From Nitrospiraceae bacterium (lineage in GTDB: Bacteria; Nitrospirota; Nitrospiria; Nitrospirales; Nitrospiraceae), in the NCBI GenBank assembly GCA_046091085.1, contig JBJTAZ010000196.1:1-44473 (forward strand): DNA of 44,473 bases, in the 5' to 3' direction. A program made the translations under genes and the position numbers. Below are positions 1 through 9,861 of this stretch, piece by piece. The notes under the pieces are model-generated. The model saw only the letters and a list, made by a program, of their open reading frames with translations, was not told the origin of the DNA and searched no databases. The number at the start of each line of letters is the position of its first letter. The first letter of the stretch is position 1.

Positions 1-2
1 CA

Positions 3-908
3 GAAGAAGAACCGCCGACCGAAGCGGCCGACGCGCCCCCGCCCGTTCCGGAAGAGCCGCCCGTCATCGACGCCGCGTGTTTCGGGGTAGCCGGGCCGAT
101 CATCGACAATCGCTGCAAGACGACGAATCTTCCCTGGGTGCTGGACGGAACGGCTCTCGCCGCACACCTCAAGGCCAAACAGGTCCGGCTCCTGAACGAT
201 TTGGAAGCCACGGCATACGGCCTGCTGGTGCTGCGGCCGGAGGAGTTCACGGTGCTGAACGCGGGTGCTGCGTCGCGCAGCCAAGCCCAACCGACAACCG
301 CCATGGCGCTGATCGCCGCGGGCACGGGACTGGGCGAGGCCATCCTCTATGGGGACGGCACCGCCTACCATCCCATGCCGTCCGAGGGAGGGCATGCCTC
401 CTTCGCGCCGACGAGCGATCTGGAAATCGATCTGCTCCGCCATCTGCGCGCCAGCTACCTGCACGTGAGCTACGAACGGGTGCTCTCCGGGGCCGGCCTG
501 CATGCGATCTACGAGTTCCTGCGCGACGCCAAACACAACGAACCGACCTGGCTGGCGGAGCGGATGAAGGTCGGCGACCCGGCGGCGGTGATCGCCGAGG
601 TGGGGCTGGCCGGGCAGTCGGAACTGTGCCAGCAGGCCTTGGACCTGTTCGCCTCCATCTACGGATCGGAGTCGGGGAACCTGGCTTTGAAAGCGTTGGC
701 CTTGAACGGCCTCTATGTGGGCGGAGGCATCGCGCCCAAGCTGATCCCCAAGCTGAAAGACGGGACCTTCATGAAGGCCTTCGCGGCGAAGGGCCGGTAC
801 AAGGCCCTGCTCAATGCGATTCCCGTGCGCGTCATTATGAATCCGAAAACCGCGCTGCTGGGCGCCGCTTCGCTGGCGGGCCAAATGCGGCAAGCCCAGG
901 CCGCATGA
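3..908 (+). CDS. glk: Glucokinase, 5'-partial (runs off the window start)
   Basis: Frame 3 is open from the window edge. The translation ...AACFGVAGPIIDNRCKTTNLPWVLDG..., NDLEATAYG, LIAAGTGLGEA and PSEGGHASFAP resembles bacterial Glk. The TGA stop at 906-908 overlaps the rpiA ATG (ATGA). Confidence 0.85.
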   Translation, partial: EEEPPTEAADAPPPVPEEPPVIDAACFGVAGPIIDNRCKTTNLPWVLDGTALAAHLKAKQVRLLNDLEATAYGLLVLRPEEFTVLNAGAASRSQAQPTTAMALIAAGTGLGEAILYGDGTAYHPMPSEGGHASFAPTSDLEIDLLRHLRASYLHVSYERVLSGAGLHAIYEFLRDAKHNEPTWLAERMKVGDPAAVIAEVGLAGQSELCQQALDLFASIYGSESGNLALKALALNGLYVGGGIAPKLIPKLKDGTFMKAFAAKGRYKALLNAIPVRVIMNPKTALLGAASLAGQMRQAQAA

Positions 909-1621
909 CGACTCCGGAACAAGCCGAACAACTCAAGCGCCGGGCCGCCGAAGCGGCCGTCGGGTATGTCCTCCACGGACAAATCGTCGGCTTGGGCACC
1001 GGCTCGACCGCCAAGCATGTCGTCTTGGCGCTGGGGGAAAAGGTCCGGGCGGGTCTGGCCATCACGGGCGTACCGACCTCCACCGAGACAGCCGAGCTGG
1101 CCAAAAAGCAGGGCATCGCGCTGCTGAACCATGACGACGCCTGGCAGATCGATGTAGCCATCGACGGGGCGGATCAAGTGGACCCGCAACTGAATTTGAT
1201 CAAGGGCGGCGGGGGCGCGTTGCTGCGGGAAAAAATCGTCGCGGCAGCCGCCAAGCAGTTCATCGTCGTGGTGGATGCGTCCAAGCGCGTACCGGCTCTG
1301 GGCGGGACCTTTCCCTTGCCCATCGAGGTTGCGGTCTTCGGCTGGCGCAGCACCGAACGCCAACTCCAACAAGTCAGCGCCGCCTTCGGCTACGGAGGGA
1401 AGGTCCTGCTGCGCGAGAAGGACGGCGTGCCGTACAAAAGCGAGGCGGGCCACTACATCCTGGATTTGCACGTCCCGCGCATCGGCGATCCGGCCGGTTT
1501 CGAAGCCAGGCTCAACGAGATTCCCGGCGTGGTCGAAACCGGACTGTTCGTGGGCCGAACGGACATCTTGATCGTAGGAACCCAGCAAGGAGTCGAGGTA
1601 CGGCAGATAGAGAAGCGATGA
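905..1621 (+). CDS. rpiA: Ribose-5-phosphate isomerase A
   Basis: 239 codons with GLGTGSTA, DGADQVD and KGGGGALLREK motifs. It is the last part of the 77..1621 ORF and starts at ATG 905. Confidence 0.9.
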   Translation: MTTPEQAEQLKRRAAEAAVGYVLHGQIVGLGTGSTAKHVVLALGEKVRAGLAITGVPTSTETAELAKKQGIALLNHDDAWQIDVAIDGADQVDPQLNLIKGGGGALLREKIVAAAAKQFIVVVDASKRVPALGGTFPLPIEVAVFGWRSTERQLQQVSAAFGYGGKVLLREKDGVPYKSEAGHYILDLHVPRIGDPAGFEARLNEIPGVVETGLFVGRTDILIVGTQQGVEVRQIEKR

Positions 1622-1631
1622 GCTAGCACGT

Positions 1632-4424
1632 ATGCTCCATCGGATCGCCGGCGTTCTTGGCATACCCTCTCTCCTTCGCAGATCCATGACCCGCCGCAGC
1701 GCGCTCGCTTCGCTCTCCGCGATAATCGGAGCGATCGTCAGACTTTTGGGCATCGGCCTGGTGGTGAATTCGTCCGGATCGAATGCCCTCGCAGGGCTCG
1801 TCGAACGACCCCAGGAAGAGAACGGTGAATCCCTCCATCCATACATGCCAACAGAAGAGAGGAACCGAGTGGACCAATATCGTTTGCCTCGCCACGTCAT
1901 TCCGACCCGCTACGACATCCATCTCGAGCCGGATCTGTCGGCCTCCACTTTTGCCGGCACCGAAACCGTAACGGTCACGGTCAAGGAGCCGACGACCGAG
2001 CTTCTCCTGAACGCGGTTGAACTGGAGATCATCGAGGCGACGCTATCTCAGGATTCCGGCCGATCATTTGCGGGGCTCGTTCAGACGGAGGGAGCGGCGG
2101 AACGGTGCCGGATAACTCTTCCCGAAACCATCGCGCCTGGGATCTGGAAGCTCAGCCTCACGTTCACGGGCACGTTGAACGACAAGCTGCGCGGTTTCTA
2201 CCGCAGCACCTATCAGGATCCGTCCGGGGAAACCCGAACCCTGGCAGCCACGCAGTTCGAGGCCACCGATGCCAGACGTGCCTTTCCCTGTTGGGACGAG
2301 CCGGATTTCAAGGCGGTCTTCGCCGCAACCCTCGTCATTGATCCGGCGCTCACCGCCATTTCGAACACCGCCGTGACCGCCGAGCGGATCGAACAGGGCA
2401 AGAAGGTCTTGCGCTTCGCCGACACGATCCCCATGTCCACGTATCTGGTGGCCTTCGTCGTGGGCAAGCTGGAAGCCTCGGAGCCGGTGATCATCGGCAA
2501 GACTCCCCTGCGCGTCTGGTCCGTCCCCGGCAAGCAACGGCTCGCACCCTTCGGCCGTGAAATCGGTTCCTTCTCGCTCAAGTTTTTCGAAGGCTACTAC
2601 GGCCTCCCCTATCCAGGCGACAAGCTGGACCTCCTGGCCATCCCGGATTTCGCCTCCGGCGCCACGGAAAACCTGGGCGCCATCACCTTCCGCGAAACGG
2701 CTCTGCTCGTGGACGAACAGGCCGCCACCCATACGGAGCTGGAGCGGATCGCCGACGTGGTGGCGCACGAAAACGCCCACATGTGGTTCGGCGATCTCGT
2801 CACCATGGCCTGGTGGAACGGTCTCTGGCTCAACGAAGCCTTCGCCACCTTCATGGAAGTGCTGGCCGTGGACGCCTGGAAGCCGGAGTGGCAACGGTGG
2901 ACCACCTTCAGCGTGTCACGCGCGGCGGCCTTTGCCATGGACGGGTTGCGCAGCTCGCGGCCCATCGAATATCCGGTCCGCGCGCCCAAAGATGCCGATG
3001 CCATGTTCGACGTGCTGACCTATGAAAAAGGCGCCTCGGTCCTCCGCATGTTGGAGCAGCACATCGGCCCCGAGGTCTTCCGCGACGGGGTCCGGCAATA
3101 TCTGCGCACCCACGCCTACAAGAACGCCGACACGGGCGATCTCTGGATCGCGCTGGGACAGGCGGCGCAACAGCCGATTCCCGATCTGATGGACGGCTGG
3201 ATCTTTCAGCCCGGCTATCCCGTGATCAACGTCACACTCGACGGGGCCCGCCTGCGCGTCACACAGCAGCACTTCACCTATCTGTCCGATGCCGAGACTC
3301 CCACCCCGCAGCAGGCGGCCCGAACCTGGCACGTGCCGCTGCAAGTGCGCATCACCGCCAAGGGAGAGAGCCGGACCCATCGCCTGCTCTTGACCGAACA
3401 ACCGACGCATCTGGACATCCCTGCCAGCTTCGAGTCGGCGCTGGTCAACGAAGGGGGCCACGGATTCTATCGGGTCCGCTATGCGCCGGATCTGCTTGTG
3501 CGCCTCCTGCAGGAACCGGAGAAACTGGCGGCGATCGAGCGGTTCAACCTGGTCAACGACGCCTGGGCCACGACGGTCGCCGGCCTCATGTCACTCCCTG
3601 ACTATCTGGACCTCACCGCCAAATTCCGAGGCGAGCGAGACAAAAACGTCTGGGCGGTACTGATTGACTCGTTCCACACCTTGAACCGGATTATTCAGTC
3701 TGCCGACCGGCCGAAGCTGGAAGCGCTGGTGCGGGACCGGGTCGGCCCAACCGTGGCCGAATTGGTCTGGACGCCCAAGTCCGGCGAAAGCGAATTGACC
3801 AAGCAACTGCGCGCCGACCTGCTGCGGGCAATCGGCACCATCGGCAACGACGCCACGATTCAAGCCAGGGCCAAGGATCTCTACAGCACGTCGCTCACGC
3901 AGCCAACCGCAGTTGACCCCAACCTGCTGCCCAGCCTCATCGCCATCCTGGCCCACGTCGGCGACGCGGCCAGGTACGAAGACTTCCTCGCCCGCTTTCA
4001 CAAGACGGCCACACCGCAAGAAGAACGACGGTATCTCTACGCGCTGGCCGCCTTCCAGCCTGTGGCCTTGCTGGAACAGACCCTGGCCCGCGCGATCAGC
4101 GGCGAGATTCGCACGCAGGACGGACCCTTCATCGTTCGGCTGGTCTTGATGAGTGTCTATGGCCGCGAATCGGCCTGGCGCTTCGTGAAGGCGAATTGGG
4201 AGGCGATGGACAAGCGGTTCCCCAAACAAGGCCTGCGCCGGATGCTGGAAGGGATCGTGGGGCTCACCACACCGGAACTGGAGCAGGACGTCCATCGCTT
4301 CATCGCCGACCGGAAGATCGACCTGGGCGGCAAGACACTGGAACAGTACCTCGAACAGCTCCGGATTGCCGTGACGTTCAAGGCGCGAGAAAGCAAGTCT
4401 CTCAGCCTCTATCTCTCCCACTAA
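1632..4424 (+). CDS. pepN: M1-family aminopeptidase N
   Basis: Zinc motif HENAH-x18-E (HENAHMWFGD...LNEAF) and an exopeptidase motif present as GATEN (2658-2672). Start is ambiguous: ATG 1632, ATG 1686 (MTRRSALASL..., Tat-like) or ATG 1845 (MPTEERN). Confidence 0.88.
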   Translation: MLHRIAGVLGIPSLLRRSMTRRSALASLSAIIGAIVRLLGIGLVVNSSGSNALAGLVERPQEENGESLHPYMPTEERNRVDQYRLPRHVIPTRYDIHLEPDLSASTFAGTETVTVTVKEPTTELLLNAVELEIIEATLSQDSGRSFAGLVQTEGAAERCRITLPETIAPGIWKLSLTFTGTLNDKLRGFYRSTYQDPSGETRTLAATQFEATDARRAFPCWDEPDFKAVFAATLVIDPALTAISNTAVTAERIEQGKKVLRFADTIPMSTYLVAFVVGKLEASEPVIIGKTPLRVWSVPGKQRLAPFGREIGSFSLKFFEGYYGLPYPGDKLDLLAIPDFASGATENLGAITFRETALLVDEQAATHTELERIADVVAHENAHMWFGDLVTMAWWNGLWLNEAFATFMEVLAVDAWKPEWQRWTTFSVSRAAAFAMDGLRSSRPIEYPVRAPKDADAMFDVLTYEKGASVLRMLEQHIGPEVFRDGVRQYLRTHAYKNADTGDLWIALGQAAQQPIPDLMDGWIFQPGYPVINVTLDGARLRVTQQHFTYLSDAETPTPQQAARTWHVPLQVRITAKGESRTHRLLLTEQPTHLDIPASFESALVNEGGHGFYRVRYAPDLLVRLLQEPEKLAAIERFNLVNDAWATTVAGLMSLPDYLDLTAKFRGERDKNVWAVLIDSFHTLNRIIQSADRPKLEALVRDRVGPTVAELVWTPKSGESELTKQLRADLLRAIGTIGNDATIQARAKDLYSTSLTQPTAVDPNLLPSLIAILAHVGDAARYEDFLARFHKTATPQEERRYLYALAAFQPVALLEQTLARAISGEIRTQDGPFIVRLVLMSVYGRESAWRFVKANWEAMDKRFPKQGLRRMLEGIVGLTTPELEQDVHRFIADRKIDLGGKTLEQYLEQLRIAVTFKARESKSLSLYLSH

Positions 4425-4494
4425 GCTGTGGCTTTTAGCCGCAACCTTCAGCTTTGAGCTGAGTACTGAATGCTGACGACTGATTGCTCCTCTA

Positions 4495-7320
4495 CTATTC
4501 GTGCCGCAAGACCGTAAGCGGCCGCTGGCCCAAGAGCCGAAACGTGCTCAAGAAGCCAACGGCGAGTGTGAGCAGGAGGGTCAGGATAAAGCCAGCCAAT
4601 AAAATATCCGGCTGAAGGTGCCAGGGCAGGTCGAAGATAAAATAGAGCAAGGCCCAGGAGAGTCCGATGGAGTGGAGCAGGCCGATGACCCCGGCAACGG
4701 TGCCGAGCAGAACGTACTCGATCGCAAAGGCCTGGGCGATGAGCCCACGGGTCGCGCCCAAGGCCTTCAGGATCACCGACTCGTAGAGCCGCCGATAGCG
4801 GGTTGCCGCCAGCGCAGCGCCCATCACAATCCCTCCGGTCAGCACGCAGAACAGGGCCACGGCCCGCATCGCCACCGCCAGCCGTTCGAGAATGCGCGCC
4901 AGGCTTTCCAGCACGTCCCCGATGTTGATCGCGGTCACGTTTGGAAACACCGCGACGACCGCCTGTTGGAGCGAGATTTCTTCCTGCGGCGGCACCATGA
5001 TCGTGGACACGTAGGTCATCGGCGCCCCGTCCAGCGCTCCGGGGGAGAGAATCATGTAGAAGTTCGTCGAGAAGTTCCCCCACTCGACCCGCCGGATGCT
5101 GCTCACCGTCGCTTCTAATGTCGCGCCCTGGATGTCGAGGGTCACCGTGTTGCCCAGATCCAAGCCCAGATGCTTGGCCGCATCCTCTTCCATCGAGACC
5201 AGCGGCTTGACCGGACGTTCACCCGGCTGCCACCAGGGTCCTTTGCTCACCCGGTTGTCTTGCGGCAATCCCTCTCCATGCGTAAGCACATATTCCCGCG
5301 TGAAGTACCAGGTCTTCCGCGCCTGCCGTTCCTTCTCGCGCCTAGCCTCGTCCGAGTCCGCCGGCAGCCGTTGCTCCATCGCCTCTTCCGTTTCCACCCG
5401 TTGCCCGTTCACCGCATAGAGCCGTGAGCGGACCAGCGGCGTGGCCTCGACCGGCGCGTTCGGCATCCGCTCCTGCAACAGGGCCAGGAACGACGCCTTC
5501 TGGTCCGGCTGGATGTCGATAAAAAAGAAGGAGGGAGACTCCTTGGGCCGCTGCTCGCCCAACTGGTCCACCAGGGCCCGCTCCAGCAACGAGACGGTGA
5601 CGATGACCATGACGCCTATTCCGATAGAGACCATGACCCCTGCCGCTTGATTGCCGGGCCGGTACAGATTGCCGACTGCATACCGCAGCGTCAGCGACCG
5701 AACCTTGGACACAGATCGGAGGCTCCGCACCAGGACGAATGCCGCGAGCCTCAGCAGACAGACGGCGGCCGCCAAAGCGCCGATGAAAATCATGCCCACC
5801 TTGAGATTGCCGGCCTGCCAAATGGAAAGCCCTGCGAGACAGAGGAGCATCGCCGCGGCCATCGCCACGCGCAGAGGGTCCAGGCACCGCAGCCCCTGCC
5901 GCCAGACAGAAGGCTGCAGCAGGTTCAACAAGCTGTGGCCCGCCTGACCGGGAAGAGGCGCCTCGGCCGGTTGCGTCACGTCGCGCCGAAAAATCGAAGC
6001 CGGACGGATGTCGCGGATGCCCAACAACGGCCAGAGGGCGAAGAGCAGCGTCGTCAACAGGCCCATGGCCAGGCCTTTGAGCAGGGGCAGGGCCGAGGCT
6101 CGCGAGAGGCTGGCCGGCACGTCCATTTCGTCGAGAGGCAGGAAATTGGACAAGATGGCCGGCAGAGCGCTTTGGGCCGCGACGCCCATGGCCAAACCGG
6201 CCAGGCTGCCGACCAGGCTGAGCAGGACCGCCTGCATCAGATAGGTGCGCAGAATCGTCCCCGACTCGGCCCCGACCGTCTTGAGGATCGCAATGGTATG
6301 AAGCTTCTCGCGCAAGAAGGCCTGCATCGTGCTGGCGACGCCGATGCCCCCCACGAAGAGCGCGGTCAAGCCGACCAACCCCAGGTACCGGGTCAACTGA
6401 TCGAGGAACCCGCGGAGCTGCGGTTGCGCATCTTGAAACGGAATGACGCGGGCCGATTCCGAGGCCAACCGTCCACGCAGCTCATACAGCAGCGGCGCAG
6501 CCGGCACAGAAGCGGGCAGGCGCAGGAGGTACCGTTCGCGGACGCGGCTGCCCGGCTTGATGAGGTCGGTCGCCGCTAATCCCTCCCGCGAGATGAACAC
6601 ACGAGGCCCCAGACTGAACGCGCCGGCCGTCCGATCCGGTTCTTTGCGCACGAGCCCGGTGATCGTAAACGTGCCCTCCCCGATCCTGAGCTGATCCCCC
6701 ACTTTCAGCCCCATGCGAATCAACAGGCTGTCCTGGACGACCATGCCATAGCAGGGGGCCGGCGGGGCGGGCTGGGTTGCCTCCACTATCTTCTTCTTGG
6801 ACCGTCCCTTCTTCGCAGGCACCGCTTGTTGGATCGGTGGAGCGAGAGGCATGGCGGCGGGACAGACGGCAGTCGGCGGGTGCAAGAGCGTCTGAAGCGG
6901 CAGATCAGGCTCCACCTTGAGCCGGCCATAGAAGGGATAGCCAGCCTCGACGGCTTTCAGCTCGACTATCTGCGACGCTTGCGCAACCGGGCGCAGCCCG
7001 GGAGCCAAGGGGGCCGTGGTCTGGGGCACAGAGGCCATGCCTACCAGTTCGCTCACATGCGTCGTCTCGATGCCACGCGTGCTTAGCGAACGCAGCAAGT
7101 CCTCGCCGGCCGGACTCATTTGGCGCGAGACCCGCACTTCGAGATCGCCCGCCATCAGGGCACGGGCCTCCTTGGACACGGCCCGCTCGACGTTGACGCC
7201 GAACAGGGCCACCCCAACTAGCGCAGCAACCCCAACAGCGATGCAGGCAAAGAAGTAAAGGAAGTGGCGCCAGGCCGCCCGCGTCTCCCGCCAGGCCATG
7301 CGCAGGGGAAACGAGTTCAC
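4495..7320 (-). CDS. ybbP: ABC transporter permease, FtsX-type, YbbP-like (about 940 aa)
   Basis: Large multi-TM protein with two FtsX-like permease halves. Its GTG start overlaps the stop of the upstream ATPase gene (GTGA). Confidence 0.8.
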   Translation of the reverse strand: MNSFPLRMAWRETRAAWRHFLYFFACIAVGVAALVGVALFGVNVERAVSKEARALMAGDLEVRVSRQMSPAGEDLLRSLSTRGIETTHVSELVGMASVPQTTAPLAPGLRPVAQASQIVELKAVEAGYPFYGRLKVEPDLPLQTLLHPPTAVCPAAMPLAPPIQQAVPAKKGRSKKKIVEATQPAPPAPCYGMVVQDSLLIRMGLKVGDQLRIGEGTFTITGLVRKEPDRTAGAFSLGPRVFISREGLAATDLIKPGSRVRERYLLRLPASVPAAPLLYELRGRLASESARVIPFQDAQPQLRGFLDQLTRYLGLVGLTALFVGGIGVASTMQAFLREKLHTIAILKTVGAESGTILRTYLMQAVLLSLVGSLAGLAMGVAAQSALPAILSNFLPLDEMDVPASLSRASALPLLKGLAMGLLTTLLFALWPLLGIRDIRPASIFRRDVTQPAEAPLPGQAGHSLLNLLQPSVWRQGLRCLDPLRVAMAAAMLLCLAGLSIWQAGNLKVGMIFIGALAAAVCLLRLAAFVLVRSLRSVSKVRSLTLRYAVGNLYRPGNQAAGVMVSIGIGVMVIVTVSLLERALVDQLGEQRPKESPSFFFIDIQPDQKASFLALLQERMPNAPVEATPLVRSRLYAVNGQRVETEEAMEQRLPADSDEARREKERQARKTWYFTREYVLTHGEGLPQDNRVSKGPWWQPGERPVKPLVSMEEDAAKHLGLDLGNTVTLDIQGATLEATVSSIRRVEWGNFSTNFYMILSPGALDGAPMTYVSTIMVPPQEEISLQQAVVAVFPNVTAINIGDVLESLARILERLAVAMRAVALFCVLTGGIVMGAALAATRYRRLYESVILKALGATRGLIAQAFAIEYVLLGTVAGVIGLLHSIGLSWALLYFIFDLPWHLQPDILLAGFILTLLLTLAVGFLSTFRLLGQRPLTVLRHE

Positions 7321-8021
7321 CCTTGCGCTCCGGAAGACTGGAGGAAGGCATCTTTGAGGCGGTCCGATTCGATGCGCCCGTCGCGGAGGGTAATGATCCG
7401 TTCGGCGTGGGAGGCGAGGGTCTGGTCGTGGGTGACGAGGATGAGCGTACTGCCCTGGTCGCGGTTGAGCGCCAGCAGCAAGTCGACGACCTGCCGGCCC
7501 GTGGCCGTATCCAAGTTACCGGTCGGTTCATCGGCGAGCAGGAGCGGAGGACGGCAAGCGAAGGCGCGGGCCACCGCCACCCGCTGCTGTTCCCCGCCAG
7601 AGAGCTGCACCGGGTAATGGTCCTGCCGTTCTCGCAACCCCACGGCGGCCAACAGCTCGGCCGCTCGGGCGCCGGTATTCGGATCGCCGGACAGCTCCAG
7701 CGGCACCGCCACGTTCTCCAGCGCCGTGAGGGTGGGACTCAAATGAAAGGATTGGAAAATGTAGCCGATCTTCTGCCGCCGATACCGAGCCATCTCGCTT
7801 TCTGCCAGGGCCGTGCTCTCAATGCCGTCCAACAAAATCGAGCCGGAGGTCGGCTTGTCCAAGCCGGCCATCAGTCCGAGCAACGTGGACTTGCCGCTGC
7901 CGGAGGGGCCGACGATGGCGACCATCTGTTTGTCCGGAATCTCCAGCGAAACGTTGTTGAGAATGGTGACGAGATGTCCACCGGCATTGAGACACATGAA
8001 GAGATGCTGGATGGCGATCAT
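7317..8021 (-). CDS. ybbA: ABC transporter ATP-binding protein (YbbA/LolD-like)
   Basis: Walker A GPSGSGKST, signature LSGGEQQRV and Walker B LLLADEPT. Confidence 0.92.
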   Translation of the reverse strand: MIAIQHLFMCLNAGGHLVTILNNVSLEIPDKQMVAIVGPSGSGKSTLLGLMAGLDKPTSGSILLDGIESTALAESEMARYRRQKIGYIFQSFHLSPTLTALENVAVPLELSGDPNTGARAAELLAAVGLRERQDHYPVQLSGGEQQRVAVARAFACRPPLLLADEPTGNLDTATGRQVVDLLLALNRDQGSTLILVTHDQTLASHAERIITLRDGRIESDRLKDAFLQSSGAQG

Positions 8022-8075
8022 GCCCGGTCCTCGATTCGATGGTGCAAGGGAGACGTAAAGGCATTATTATACTTT

Positions 8076-8951
8076 ATGCGCATGTTCACAACGCTCTTCT
8101 TCCAAACGGGCGGCTTCTCGCTCCATCCTGCTTGCAAGGCCTTGGTCCTGGGCATGGCTTGCACCTTGCTCCTCGGCTGCGAGCGTCCGTCGGAGCCCAG
8201 CGCGACGAGCCAGCCCAGCGACGGCATCGGCCAACGGTTGGGCACCGATGTCACCAGCCAGCCGGGGCGCAGCCGCGCCGAACCACGAGCCGAGCGTCCC
8301 AAGATCGTAGCGCTCGGTGACAGCCTGACGGCTGGATTCGGCGTCTCGCCAGACGCGTCCTATCCGGCCCAACTCCAGCGGGCGCTCGACCGGGCCGGAT
8401 ACCGATACCAGGTGATCAACGCCGGCGTCAGCGGGGATACGACCGCGGGCGGGGTGCGGCGGATCGACTGGGTGCTGAAAAGCCGGCCCCATATCGTGAT
8501 CGTTGCACTCGGCGCGAACGACGGATTGCGCGGACTGGATCTCAAGGAGACTCGAGCCAACCTCGAGCAGATGCTCCAGAAGCTCCATGACGCCGGCGTG
8601 ACCGCAGTATTGGCGGGGATGAAACTCCCGCCCAACTATGGGGCCGACTATGCAGGACGGTTTACGACGTTATATGGAGAGTTGGCGAAACAGTACCACG
8701 CAGCCTACCTGCCGTTTTTCCTGGAAGGGGTGGCGGCCCAGCCCTCGCTCAACCAGGCGGACGGTATTCACCCGACGGGAGAAGGGTATCGTCTGGTGGT
8801 AGATCATCTGATGCCGGTCTTGGAGCCGCTGTTGGAGAAACCGCCTCCCGGTCGGTCGTCGCGCAGAGATGACGGGCTTGGCGCAGAGCAGCGCATGGCC
8901 GGACTAGAGCCCAACCATGCGCCAACTGTGCGGAGATCGAACGGGACCTGA
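8076..8951 (+). CDS. tesA: SGNH/GDSL arylesterase / thioesterase I-like lipoprotein
   Basis: GDSLTAG, GANDGLRG and DGIHP blocks, with an N-terminal lipobox LLLGC. It is divergent from ybbA-ybbP, as in the classical tesA/ybbA/ybbP arrangement. The start could also be ATG 8082. Confidence 0.82.
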   Translation: MRMFTTLFFQTGGFSLHPACKALVLGMACTLLLGCERPSEPSATSQPSDGIGQRLGTDVTSQPGRSRAEPRAERPKIVALGDSLTAGFGVSPDASYPAQLQRALDRAGYRYQVINAGVSGDTTAGGVRRIDWVLKSRPHIVIVALGANDGLRGLDLKETRANLEQMLQKLHDAGVTAVLAGMKLPPNYGADYAGRFTTLYGELAKQYHAAYLPFFLEGVAAQPSLNQADGIHPTGEGYRLVVDHLMPVLEPLLEKPPPGRSSRRDDGLGAEQRMAGLEPNHAPTVRRSNGT

Positions 8952-8956
8952 ACGAA

Positions 8957-9145
8957 TCAGGACTTCTTCAAGAACGTGTCGTAGACACCGTAGGCGAGAA
9001 TGATGCCGATAATCGTATAATACAGGCCCGTGATGCCGCTATAATCTGGCGGATGGTCGCCGGACGGCGCATTGGCCACCGCCAGGGACGCAGTCACCAG
9101 CACCGACCCGCACGCGCTCAGAACCCCTGCCAATTTGCTGCTCAT
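8957..9145 (-). CDS. Small hypothetical membrane/secreted protein (62 aa)
   Basis: ATG at 9145 is preceded by AGGAGGG. It has an N-terminal hydrophobic segment plus a C-terminal TM (LYYTIIGIILAYGVY). No recognisable family. Confidence 0.45.
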   Translation of the reverse strand: MSSKLAGVLSACGSVLVTASLAVANAPSGDHPPDYSGITGLYYTIIGIILAYGVYDTFLKKS

Positions 9146-9186
9146 GGGAATCCCTCCTGTTGACCACGCCCTCCCGCCAAGTGGGA

Positions 9187-9220
9187 GGAACAAACGGGGC
9201 AAATAGTACAGAATTGCCCC
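9187..9220 (-). terminator. Candidate intrinsic terminator downstream of the PilZ gene
   Basis: Minus-strand hairpin GGGGCAA-11 nt-TTGCCCC followed by GTTTGTTCC. Confidence 0.45.
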
Positions 9221-9276
9221 CGCAGGACGCAAGAGGGATATACCAAGACGGTCGTCACCCAGGAAAACCCGACCGG

Positions 9277-9618
9277 TTACGCGGCAAAAATGTAATCGAC
9301 CAGCCGTTCTTGATCCTGGTTCCCGATGGCCGTGAACTGCATGCTGATTGAGGAGTCCGAAGCTGACCGTTCCTCGATGCGCACCACTTTCGCCCGCGCG
9401 GGAACAACCCGGTCGGGCAACCCGATCCTGAGCGACACCGTTTCACCGACCGCCATAGGACGATCCGCGACCAACCGCATCCCGCTTCCCGAAATATTCA
9501 CAGGCATCGGACGGAGCTTGGTCTGGATATGGTCGGTCTCTCGCCAATACGCCACCGGCAAGGCCAGATTGACCCTGAAGTGATCACGCCGTTCCACATC
9601 GACTTTACATGTAGCCAT
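9277..9618 (-). CDS. Single-domain PilZ protein (putative c-di-GMP receptor)
   Basis: Contains the RxxxR motif (RRDHFR) and the D/NxSxxG motif (NISGSG). ATG 9618 is preceded by a G-rich RBS. Confidence 0.75.
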   Translation of the reverse strand: MATCKVDVERRDHFRVNLALPVAYWRETDHIQTKLRPMPVNISGSGMRLVADRPMAVGETVSLRIGLPDRVVPARAKVVRIEERSASDSSISMQFTAIGNQDQERLVDYIFAA

Positions 9619-9861
9619 AGTCTTCCCCCCCTTGACACTGGCCACCCTTCACGCAACGAGGACCTCCCGCTTGCATCTGGTTTGAGGCCAAGACACGAAA
9701 TCCTTCAGCTCTATTATCGTCCGATTTCCAAGAAACTTTATGGATTTGAGCTTGGACGGGAGCGAGCGCAAGACCTGGGCAGAACCAAGTGGAATTCTTG
9801 TGGAAATCTCCCCATTCCCTGCGTACAATCGCCGCTCCGCCGGGCTGAGAGGACCCACTTG

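Noticed and set aside
77-904. N-terminal 276 codons of the 514-aa ORF 77..1621
   Set aside because: This part overlaps the glucokinase frame and translates to Arg/Gly/Ala-rich junk. Only the part from ATG 905 (rpiA) is credible.
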